In this document: positions 40,101 through 53,100 of the stretch, piece by piece
Layout of the letters: each line of letters opens with the position of its first letter
Numbering within the stretch: position 1 is the first letter of the stretch
NCBI GenBank assembly: GCA_964234715.1
Contig: OZ174278.1
Strand: one strand, 5' to 3'
Length of the DNA stretch: 64,000 nucleotides
DNA from: Podarcis melisellensis
Lineage: Eukaryota
The notes under the pieces: model-generated
Databases searched by the model: none
Told to the model about the DNA's origin: nothing
What the model saw: the letters and a program-made list of their open reading frames with translations, nothing else
Program-made: the position numbers and the translations under genes

Positions 40101-41110
40101 TTTGCTGACCCCTGAGGTAGACCCTCGATAATTTATATTTAAAACATTAATATTTGCCCTTTTTAATCAACAAACTTAGAGGAATAATAAAAACATTAGG
40201 ATTTGAGATACTTACTCTCAGCCATTCTACCATATTCTCTTCTATTTCACTATCTGCTGATATATCCAATATAAGACGTCTTGTTAAATGAGCTTTGTGG
40301 TATCTCATGAAAACATCTTTGTTCTGCACATACTTGAGCACCAATAGCTGTTTAAAAAAAGCATTAGACTAGTTTCAGTGGTTGCTACTAACATCTATTG
40401 TTACTGCACAGCCGAGCCAGGAGGTGGCAAGCTCATACTCCCAAATTGATCTTTCGGCAGTCATGCTCTATGAAATGACTACAGATATAATTACGTTCCT
40501 TCTCAAGCTATCACTGAGGAACAAATGTGGTTTAACAACACATAGTTTCACTTTTAATTGAAACGTTCTGCATTTCTCCCTTTTGATCACAGCAGTATCT
40601 GATTCTGCAAAAAGACCACACAGTAGCATTGAGAGATTAGTGTACAATAAAAAGGTAAAGGACCCCTGACAGTTAAGTCCAGTCACGAACGACTCTGGGG
40701 TTGCGGCGCTCATCTTGCTTTACTGGCCGATGGAGCCGGCATACAGTCATGTGGCCAGCATGACTAAGCCACTTCTGGCGAAACCAGAGCAGCGCATGGA
40801 AACACCGTTTACCTTCCCGCTGGAGCGGTACCTATTTATCTACTTGCACTTTGATGTGCTTTCGAACTGCTAGGTTTGCAGGAGCTGGGACTGAGCAACA
40901 GGAGCTCACCCCGTCACGGGGATTCGAACCGCCGACCTTCCGATCGGCAAGCCCTAGGCTCAGTAGTTTAGACCACAGTGCCACCCACATGCCTCTTAGT
41001 GTGCAATACAGTGTGCTTAAATTTTTCTAAAACAAAAGGTGCCAGGGCTCAAACATAACAGTACATGGGGACTCTTTAGTTTCCTTCTCACACTACTCAC
41101 ATTTTTAAAA

Positions 41111-41164
<54 letters not shown>

Positions 41165-44100
41165 TTGTATGCCACCCTTAACGCAAAGATCACATGGCAG
41201 TTCACTATATAAAAATACAAAGTGAGGGGATGGGCATAATAAAACAGAAACAAACTAATAACTCCCCCCTCCCCCGAAATAATAAGGCAAAGTGTTTTGA
41301 AAGGGGTTGTGGGTTGGAGGATGCAAAACTTTTAGAACCCCAAAATGCACAGCTGCTCCTGGCCTCACAATCCACATATTAGCATTGACACTAGGGGCAG
41401 GAAAGTTTTTCTGCAGTAACCTCCTCAACTAGAGGCTGCCCTGAGCCCTCAAACTCAGTGCAATCAGAGTTCCAGGGATTTTGTGTGCAAATGCTTCTTT
41501 GAACCAGATGTCTCTGGTAATGAGAGCATGGCCAAGTGGGAGAAGCTGCTAGCCATTGGGGCAGACCTAAAGGCACAATCCAACACATTTTCAGTACATT
41601 TTGCATCTTCACACAAGTAATGCATGAAAAGAGGATTTTGTGAAAGGCCTGAACCCCACATCCGCCAACTTAAATTGCATGCAACTGTCTGACAGATTAA
41701 GGAATACTTAATTGTGCATAAAAGTAAGACGCTACTCTCTGTACCCAGACAGCGACTAGATTAAGAACTGAACTATTGTGGCATTGACTGTCTCTCTCCC
41801 TGTTAATCCTGCTGTTTTTTAGAGCGATCAAAAGAAATTTTGCAGGGATCGCAATTGTATTTTTTTTTCTCAGATAAAAACTAGAATCTGCACATACCAC
41901 TTCTTTAAGCTTTGCTTCAATTTCTTCAGAGGTTAGTTTTTTGCTTAGCGGTGTTTTTCTCAACAACATATCACAATAATTCGCAAGCAGCTCCGGGCAC
42001 TTGGACTCTGGCTGTGTTTTCAGTCCAACACTAAACGAACATGAGAAGCAGTTATCACAAAATTATACTGAGCAGCCCTCAATGTGAAGTTGCACACCAT
42101 TATAGCGGGTCAGGCTTTTGCTAATAATTAAAAGGGGGTAGGACACTTCAATAAAAAGGGCAAACGTTTACACACTTTTCTTAAATTCCACTTGCTTCTT
42201 TTCCTTCCAAGGGTCCATATGTTATTTCACAGATGTAATTAATACGGAGAATAGTAATTTGTGTAAATGAGTTAGCAGAAGGGACTGTACTCAGAAAGCC
42301 AGTGCAGCATGTATGAGAGAAGATTCTAAGTTCGAAAGAATTATCAAAACAAACAGCTCCTCCTAACATCACCACAAGCTGTGTGTGACTTAAACTTTGG
42401 ACCTACTATTAAATGAACAATCAGAAGTTACAATCGGGAGAATATACAGTACAAAAGCACCACAAGGCAGGCACTTTCATGGGACTCCTCTGAAGGTGGC
42501 TTCTTTAAGCCTCTAGATTAGAACAGTGTCAATTATGGTGGAAGGATTCAGAAATTTCAAGTGTATCAAGTATTTAAATACAATGTGGCATTGCAACTTC
42601 TAGTAATTTGATGCTTACAATTATCTGTTTATGGTAAAGGACTGAATATACAATGTCGAGCATGGGAAAGATGGATGTAAGGCCAAGGTGGCCTGGAAAA
42701 CCAACTTTATATAAGGAACTTGCCTAATTAACGTCAAAGAGAAGGCAATTAGATTCAAGCCAATATTCGAACAACTTACCCCTTCTGTTTCAATGGTAAT
42801 TCAAGTTTAAATATTGTGGCATCGTTAACAACAGCTTTATATGCCTAAAATAAAATGAAAACATCCATTCAATTCTCAACATGGGAACAGATTCCAAAAC
42901 TGACCATTCAAAATCTTCATCTTTAATTTCAGACATCACACAGGGCTGATTGCAAAGCTATGGTTTGGCGACCAAGAACTCCCTGAAGGTTCATGCGCTC
43001 CCTACTTTAATGGCAGTATTAAGTTTGAAAGCTAAAGAGAATTAGTGGGAGCTGGCACCTATGCTTCGCTAATCAGAAAAGAGAAGGGGAAATGCACATA
43101 GGTGGGTGGAGGTTAGGTGTGTGCAAACATGCTGTCATGGAAAGGTTGGACACAGAAGAATGGTAGGAGGAACCAGCTGGAAAGGTAGCAGGAACCAGCT
43201 TCCCCAAGGGAAGAAGGCTCAAAGCCTGGGTACTGGAGGTGGGTTGCCGATGGGTGGTCAGAGAGAAGACTGAAAGGAGTAGGTGTCAGAAGCTGAAGAG
43301 GTAATAGGGCTTAGTGAGTGGGGGAAGTCTGGGGCAGAGAGAAGTCCAGAATCAGAGCCAGAAGCTGCAGCAGGAGAGGGGCGGGTGAGAGAAGCCAAGA
43401 GGCAGAGGTGAGTCAAACTGGTGAAAAAGCACGGGTGCCTCCCTCTCCTGCTGCGACTAGCTCCCCTTTCCTGCTGGTCTCCCAAGGACTAGGACTAGGA
43501 GAGTCTCCCAAGGGCTAGGAGAGGCATTAGCAAGAGGAGCAAAAGCACAGGCAGTGTCTCAGATTGCTTGAGGAAAACCCTGGAGAAGTGACAGGCAGCT
43601 GTGGACCTTCAGTCTCTGCAACTGTCTCCTGGGGCAAGACCTACTGAAGAAGAGCTGATGTGCTCATTTTGGCCTGGCAACCCTGTGCAGACCCTGCTTT
43701 TTTCTAATAGAGAGTTCACTTACTCCAGGTGACTTACTGCTAGCTCATTCCTGACACATGCAGGGTAATCCCAATTATTAAATCAGCCGAATATGATGTC
43801 TGAACTAGCTAAACTATTCATAGAAATGTAACAGTTTTGTTGCCTGCATTTTAAAACGTACCATTATATCAGCAGTACACCTAGTATTATTATATCATCA
43901 TACCTTGTGATGGTATTCTCCAACATTTTATATACAGTTTATAGTATTAGGACTTTCAATTCACTACTATTTCTATAATCATCTTAGCAAATCCCCGACT
44001 TAGATACTTGGGCAATATTGACATATCATGATTAATTAGGCATGTATAGCTGTGACAGTATCAAATGTAATTGTATAAGTTTATGATTGAAATCTTGCAA

Positions 44101-47100
44101 TTACTTCTATATAGAGAATTCTTAAGATGACAAGTTATTTTATTTTTCATTTACATCATGCAAGTCCCATAAGCATCAATAACAAATTGTAGACTTGAAA
44201 CATGAAGTATGTCATTGTGTTTTAAAACACACAGTGTTAAAAACTGAAACAAATGACCAACTGAATTAATAACAATCATACCTTATCTCTGGCAGTAAGA
44301 AATCTTGGGTCATCTTGAAAAGCTTCTTTAACCAGCTTGCTAAATCGATTAAATAATGTGAGCAATTGTTCTACATACTTTTCAGAATCCTAAAAATTGA
44401 AGAAGCAAAGCAACAAAAAATAAAAAGCCAAATCTGTGAGAAAAAATAGCACATTATTATTAATCAGTGGCACTGGTAAACTAAACCAATTTTCTGTGAA
44501 TTACTTATTTTCATGGAGGGTATTGAGCTCAAAAGTAATTACTTTTGCTAGATTTTATGAAGCACATTACCAATTTTAAGTTCAAACAATTTATATAAAG
44601 TTTTCTGAATTATATTCCTAAAACACATTTCTTGGAAGAACCTATATTCTACAGAAAATTATGCTAAGTACAAGCTGTTAGAACAAAGGAACAAGAACTA
44701 TTCAAAACATATTAAAAATGGAAATTGTTGAGTGTTAGTGGACAATCTGGCAGATATCTGGTTACTGTCAGCTTTTTGATCTATCCCTTTTTATAGACGG
44801 GAAAAGTACACCAGGTGCTTCCAATAAAACTGCTTCATTTGAGGAAGATGTCCCAGTTCTTTAGAAGGTAGAGGTGACTTTACAGGCCACCATCAATTTC
44901 AGCTACTTTTCCTATTAGAAAAAATACAATTTCACCCCAAGAAGTGATTCAGACGTTATGCTAAACCAAAGACTGGCATTACGTGAACCACCAGCTAAAG
45001 GTTTAGGGCTTGGTGTGCCTAGTGTGCATGGCAATTCACCTGGTTTGACACTAACCATGGTTTGGATGAAACTTGCTTACTTACTAAGATTGGCCTCAAA
45101 CGAGAACTGGAGGTAGGGAATCGCTGCACACAAAAGTTGGAGAGAATGAATGTACAAATCTGAGGCTTCTGACTGCTCATTCCTATCACAACTGGGCAGT
45201 CCCACAATGGCATGCTATGTGCTAACTCTCAATGCAGATTGGAAGGCAGAGCCATGGTTAATTTCTCTACCATTAAATCTGGTGCAGGGAATTTATCTTG
45301 CCAGTGCGGTGGCAGTTCTTTTAAGATCCCCACGTTCCAGGGATTTGGCTTGCTCTTAATTGTGCTGCTTGCTTTGAAGCAAAGTTTCAATTTGTAATAG
45401 AAATCTTTAATTGCTTAATAACCCCAACAAAAGTAAAAGCTTGCAGTTTTATTTCATGAGATTTTAAAACCCCAATGATTTTAAGGAAGCAGCAATATTT
45501 CCCTACTGTATCTAGTAAACAGCCTGGTTTTCAATTCAATTTCACACATTCATTTCAAGATTTAGTAGAGACTGTGGTTCCTGGCCAAGGCAGGGACTGA
45601 AGTGGGAAGGAGCATATCATACTGGATGTAGTTGCTAACATTTGGCTGCATGATTTCTTGGGTGGTAAAAAAAGGCAACCAACACTTTGGACACCTACTT
45701 CACACCAAACTGAGAATTAGTTTTGCAAAATATTCCTGATATATAGGGAAAGCTTTCTAAGGGTAAGGGATAAAGTCAAGAAACACCTACTTACAGTAGT
45801 AATAGTTTCAGCGGCTGCTACCATATCTGCTAATCCAGCACTAACGATATGCTCTTCCAAATCTTTTAACATAGGCTCTATTCCATTAGGAACTTTATCC
45901 ATCAATGAAAACATTAGATGCAACTCTGAAGACAAAAAAAGTTGAAGAAGTCACAAGTCAATTCATCTGTAGCAAGGCACCTGGAAGCTTTATTCCAGAG
46001 AAGCTTTATTCTGTGAACCGCCCTGAGACCTCCAGGTATAGGGCAGTATATAAATTCAAATAATAATGTCTACAAATTGCAAGATGTTTGATTCATGCTT
46101 TCATAATTGCAAAACGCTCCTCCACTTCACAAACTATCAGTGGGAATTCTATGAATAATGACTTGAGATTATCCAGTGGGTCTGTTCAGGCTTAACCTGG
46201 GCTCTGTACAAACCACAATGTGCAAATTGGAAGCCAGCCTTGAGAATGCACACTTTCTCCTCCATGAACCAATTCTCCCCTTTCCTTTCTAGCATTAACC
46301 ATAGTCTTCCATCACATACACACCATGGTTAATCAATACCAGGATCCTTGTAATCTAGGCTTTGAACTATGGTATACGTGTATATAAGCAGTATATAAAT
46401 GTTGTGAAAATAAAGTAAAATAGGCTTGTTGGGAGAAGACAGAAGCACCCTGAGGCTCACAGCAATCAAAGCAGATGTGAAATATTTTTTTAAAATCTGT
46501 ATGTAGTGTATTAATAAAATACACTATAGTAAAGAAAGAATAAAAAGGAATATAGTGCTGATTTTAAATAGGCAAGCTCAACCTCTGACAGAACAAGGAA
46601 GTAGGAAGTCTCTCATCATGCTACCACTGAGGTGGATGAAAGGAACTTACAGTAGTAGTCATGGCCCTTTTGAGAGTGTGCTAAGATGGTGGTGAGCTGC
46701 CTGCAGAAAACATTAGCCTAGCTCTAGAAGGCTCCAAAGTAAGGCTCTGCACAGGCACAATATCAATAAATGGGACTGCACTGGGACCATGAAAGAGAAC
46801 TATATTAACCCTTGGAAGGGAAGAGAAGAGAAGAGAAACTACCTTGAGTGCCATCAGGGGGAAAGGCGGGGAATGAAGGAAGGAAGGAATAAAATAAATA
46901 AAAGGAAGAGAAGGCAAGAGAAAGAGTGCATCCACAAGGAGGACTCCTGATTTGCTGCCTACAGTTAGCCAGGTTCAGCATTACATTTTATGTCAACCAC
47001 TCAGAGGTTTTTAAGAAAAAGCAGTATATAATTCAAATTAAGTATGTAAAACAAATAAATCACTGATTCATTCAGGGAAGGTTGCAGGGGAAAGCAAAAC

Positions 47101-50100
47101 TGTGGGGGAAGAAGTGGTTTTATGGACCAGTCTTCTCCAGGACTATGAAGAAATTCACTGCAATAGCCCATGTTCACTAATCAATTTCTCAATAGTTCCA
47201 AGTTCCCATAAAGTCTCATTCCCCTTGAGGACTGAAAGTTATACTTGTACGACGTTTGCTGCCTTGCTATATTCAGCTCTGGACTAGTGCCAAAGAAGTG
47301 CTGTCAGGATGAGAAGCCAAGCATATTTTTTAAAGGTCAGATACCTTTTGAATTCCCAGGCCTAACTGCAGATGTTTATACCATGAAAGGTGGAATCATC
47401 CATTTTGAACTAATTGCTATTAAAAAAAAACAACAACAACCGCACAAATAACATATACCATGTAGTGGAGTAAATTAAACAAAAGGTTATAGTGTGCAGG
47501 GTTGTTTGCTTATGCAGTCTCTTTCTTCTGATTTCCACCCATGGATAATAATGTACTGAAAAGCAACTCAGAATGACATCACTTGTCATCAATATAAACC
47601 TTTGCCAAAAAGGCACATAAACTAATAGCATTCCTAGGGCTTAAAGATATGCCTGTTCACCTAAATGATAAAAACTAAGTAGACCCAAAAGACAGACAAG
47701 GGTGTTGAAATACAGCTAAAAGCATGCAGCAGCAATCATAATGCAATATGGTGGGGCCAAGTGTGCTTTCAGCTACCACTGGATTAAGCCTCTTTCAGTT
47801 ACATGAAATGCACTGAAACTGCAATGAATGAATATAAACATCCCGATGTGTAATATAGTGGTTCAACTATTAGACTATGCAGGTAGAACAGATTTCAGCT
47901 CCAACTCAGCCATGAAGTTAACCTTAGACCAGCCACTATTCCTCAGACTCACGGAATTAACAGGGTTGTTTTGAGGATTAAGATGGGGAGAATAACTTTG
48001 TGCACAGACCCAGAGCTCCTTGGAGAAAGAGTAGGATAATAGTGCAACTAAGAAACATGTGATAAAATATATTTACACATAGCCATGCAGGGCAGCAAGC
48101 AACCCTGAACTGGTTCTACATTAAATTGTATTTGTGTGCTACTCTTTACAAAAGCAGTAATATAAATCAGTTATATATTTTACTCTGTCCATACCAATCT
48201 AATGACACAGATTTATGCTACACTTCACTTACTTTCCGTTTCATTTCGTTTGATCATGCCTTGGCATTCAGCTAAAATTGTCTCCTTAAAAGATGTCACC
48301 AGAGCATTCACACAGCACTCCATAAGCTGAAAGGTAGAAGTGCAACCATTAGTGTGCTTAGGATGTAAAAACGCATCAGCTGAATTGAGATGATCTTGCA
48401 ATCATGTTTTGGAGGATGAGGAACATTCCACACACCCCTTTCACCCTCCCTCATGCATGCCTCAATCAATCACTTCCTCTTTTAATCAAGCCACAATTTG
48501 CAGCAAACATTACATTAGGCAATACTAGTGGAGGAAACAGAAGGAATACAGTCAAGCTCCTCCCTCCATGAATTGTCACCTGCTAGCAGCCATTACATTA
48601 GGCTACATAAGAGAAAACAGAACAGATGTGGGGCCACTTCATCTGTGCAGCTGAGACACCAAGAACTTATGAATTCCTTAAACTCTTTCCAATCCAGTTT
48701 ATCATTCAAAGAACTGGTAACTAAGAACTTACACCTGAGTTTGCTTATTTATTCCTCCCTCCCAATCCATTTTCCTTTGGTGTGGAGACTTCTCTGTCTT
48801 TTTTAAAAATGATATGGAAGACATTTTGGGTGAAGTGTTTGGGGGAGATTGAACCCTTCAAACTAGGACAGCACACCAGGATCATTTTGTGCTTTGCAAT
48901 TCTGGTTTGGAGGGCTTGCTCAAACTATGGTTTGGAGGAGAGCTTTCCAAACTTTTCATGTTGGTGACACACTTTTTAGACATGCATCATTTTGTGACAT
49001 GGCAATTCGGTTTTACTAGCAAACTGGTGGTTAAACTAACCCCTTTCCAGCCCCAGGAGGAGCATGGGGAGTATTCATGTGACATACAGTTTGGGAAGCT
49101 CTGGCTTGGAGGATAATCTGAAATCAGCTAGTCTCCAGTTTTACAAAAGACAGAACTCCCCAGTATGAAGCAAATTTAGGACACCCCCTATAGTAGATAA
49201 AACTACGTTTATACACATTTTGACTAATGTGAGTATTATTTATTCTTCTTCATCATCATCATCATCATCACCATCCACTCTTCACCATGAAGTTCCAGGG
49301 TGGGTTACAGCAATTTTGAATTACAATATTAAAAACAGTTAATAAAGATTATAATCAAGGGAACAAGGGTCCTAAAACACAGGGATAAAAAAGCAGAAGC
49401 ACGTACACATTCTACAGGGCAATCCCATACACAGGTCCCACAGAGCTTGGTGATGTTTGCACCCACGTAAATGGGCATACAATGGTATATAATTATACCT
49501 ACTATATATAGCTAAAACTAACACATACCGCTTCTACAGAGTTACATTCCCGCCTGGTTTCTAAATACCGTAGTGCTCTTTTTTCTTCTTCCTTTAATTT
49601 AGCATCTGCCTGTAGAGAGCAGAACAACAATTACTTAGAATATTAACATTAACAGAACCAACAACTTCATACCAACACCTTTGAACTTACATATTTCATG
49701 TAATTCTGAACACCATTTTGTTGCAAATACGAAGGGGCTTGAGTTCTATAAAATCTCTCTGTTGAATCAAGGTATGCTTTTTCAAAATTATCCCGATAAA
49801 TCTGGAGTTTGTCTTCAGGATTAGAACACAGATTAACTGAAATGAGGAATATAAAGTTAAAGCATTCTTCCTGGGCTTCTATATGATGAAACACACTTCT
49901 CCCATTAATGACAATGAATATAACAATAGGCAGAAAAACATAGTCTAGCTTTCCATTTTTTAAAACAATTCCTGATCATCTGGACATAAGACTATGACAA
50001 CTTAGAAGTCTAATAAAAGTGTGCTTTTTAGGGCAATTTTAGATTGTAAGTTAGCAGGTGAGGGACTTGTCTCAGGATGAGCGAATAAAGACCCACAGGA

Positions 50101-53100
50101 TCCCTCGCTCAGTCAGCCGATTCCTGGTCCTGCTGGGCTATGCTGGCGTAAGCCCCATATACCAATCTGGGCAAAGATATGCCAGTCTTAACTCCCTCAA
50201 CCTGTCGGCTCAGTCACCTGAGTCATTACTGAAAGATCTTTCCAGCATAAGACCTGAAAAATGGGCATTCTAGGAGAGTGGCAAGGGCTGGGCCAGGCCA
50301 GGAGGGCTAACTCTGGAACTTACAGCACCAAAAAGAGTAGTGTTTAAAAAATATTGAATTTAACTTCCACCAACCCATGGGATTTCAGATTCCTCCACAC
50401 AAAAAAAGAAAGAATAATTCCCAGGGCATTTGCCTGTGCAAAAGCAGCAGTAACATGAATCTTAAGATCATCACTGATTGAAATGTCTGAAGAAATTCCT
50501 TATTTACTAATCAAGACAAGGGACAAGTTTCAAGCATCAAGAAAAAAAACCTTATAGTTCAAACACCTTTGGAAACTGCTCCTGCTGCTGGACTACAGAG
50601 ATTACTGGTCTTTTCTGTACTCTTGTCATCAATCCTTTTGTCAATGCAAATTGTAGCTGGAGGCAAACTATGATGGTTTGTATATTAATGGGGCTCTGAA
50701 TACATGTCCCATAAAACAACACATACCATACGATTCTCTAACACCAATGACAAGTTGAGAGTCAAATGCTTCTCCTAGCCTTTCAGCATGGACCAGCTTC
50801 ATTGCACTGTCTTGAAGGCGAGTCTTTATATTTGAAAATATGGATTCGTTCCAAGTGTCTAACATGAGCTGCAAAGACAGAAAGAAGAAGAAATAACATT
50901 AAAAGGTATGTACAAATTCTCAAAAGGCAACCCATTAAAAACTGGCCCTTGAAGGGCCTGGCAAAAGTTCAGTTTCAGATTTAAACTTATTTCTCAAATT
51001 GTACAGCATGTCCACATGACAGCTATTAAAAAAAACAAATGTTCTGTTACAATTGCCACTCTCTTTACCAAGGACTAACAAAAAAAAAAGGTCTCCAATG
51101 AGGTTTGTGGTCACTTTATAGTGAGCATTGTTAATTGAGTAGAAAGTGTGTTTTAAATAACTCCAGCTAATTATGCGCTCACTCTGTCTTATCTTTAAAA
51201 CTCAGGGAAACATAAACCAACTGCTTTTTTTGGCCACACTCTTTTCACACTTTCAAAGAAAGAACATATACATCACCTACCTACAAATTTGTTTAAGAGA
51301 AAAGCAGCAGGAATATGCAAAGCTACCACTACATTGGATGAATAGCACTGGATTATGGAATTGTGTCTGGCAGTGGAAAGAGAAGCAGTTCAGTAAATCA
51401 TCAGTTCTAACCCCCTCTTTAAAGTGATGCTTCAGTATAACTATGGACGATGCAAGATTTCACAATGCTATGCCATGTATTCGTGCTACAACACACTCTC
51501 TTTGTGATGGTGTATATTTACAGTAAAGCACTTACCTTTCGTACAATACTGTCTTCTACATTGGACTTCTTATTGCTGCCTTGTTTGCCCATGAGAGTAA
51601 TCTCTAACTGACAAAATGGCTTGGGTAAGATATCACACTGCGTGAAGAATTTACGCCACTCTACAATATAGGCTTTCAGTAATGCAGTATCATCTTGGTG
51701 GCTCAGCACTCTCTGAAAGAAGAGATGGCTCAAAATATTATCATCTTTATTTGTTAAGCTTCTATACCACCCTTCATCCGAAGATCACAGGTACAGTATA
51801 AAACCAGATACAGTATAAAAACACAAACGAGTACTTCTAATGCCTACCACCAATGAAGCTATTGGTTCTTTTTTAAAAAAAATATTATGCCATACATAAC
51901 ACAGAGAACTCTGATGCTACAAAAGCAAACTTGTAAAAAAGCTACAAGATGACAATCACCCAAAATTTGCACAGTACACACCACCCTATCCAGGGAGATT
52001 TGGATTAGGTGACCCATCATGTTTGTGATTATTCTCAGTTCTGTATGCAAAGTTGAGCTGCCTTTGAGAAAATACACTTTTGAGATATCAGGAGAAAAGA
52101 ATCTACTTGTGGACAAGTTGAAAACTTACTGCTTGTGCTTGTTTAATAAAATCAAGGATATCTTCTTTCAAAGCCTGGTGTATTTTTGCTGGGCCTTTAT
52201 CATCCCACAAGCAAACGCCATGCACATCCCTAGAAAATATATACATTCAGTCAGGTCAAGATAATACTAAACTGTATAGCTGAAATTTCAGTTTAAGTGG
52301 CCACTTGATAATAATGTCCTCAAGCAACCCCAGTCCTCAAGCAACTCCTGTTAAATGTCAACAATATAGTCCCTACCCACAGCTGGGAAAAATGGGACTG
52401 CGCATTACTTTGTCCATTAGGCTGTTTTAAATAGACATATCAGCATATACAAATCTGTACATACAATATTAATGTCTGAAGTCAAATAATTCACAGTAGA
52501 AAAAAGAATCTGGCACTTTATCATTCATTTACAAAGTCCAATGTTACAGAGTATGCCTAACCAAAGTTGCCGTCCTGGGAAACAGAACTATTTCCAGGTG
52601 GAGAAACACCATCTCCCCAGTCACACATAAAGAAAGAGCTGCAGCTTAGTGCTAGATCACATACTTTTGTAAACATCCCTAGTTCAGTGTCTAGCTTCCC
52701 CAGTTGAAGGTGTTTTGGTAATAAGTCTAAGACAGCCCTGACTGAGACTCTGAAGAGCTGCTACTGGTCATAATTAGGTTAACAACCAGCGGTTTGTTAG
52801 CAAAAGCTGCTCTCCTGAGATGTTCTGACAATCTCACATACCCCAGGTGCTCGTCACCTTCTTCCTTCTGGACTTCCAGCAGTATGAGGTAGTGAGATGA
52901 AGCCATAGGCAAGCAAATAAAGAGGAAAAGCCCTTCTCTCACTCGCAGAGCCAGATATCAATCTGGTTTCCCTGCAAAATGGCTAAAAAATGGACAATAT
53001 TTGTCTCTGCTCTCACTTAGGCACTCCAGTGTGTCTCTTCCCTGACTTCAAGTATCAGAAAGAAACTGGATTTTCTAACATGTCCCTTTGAGGAGAGGGA

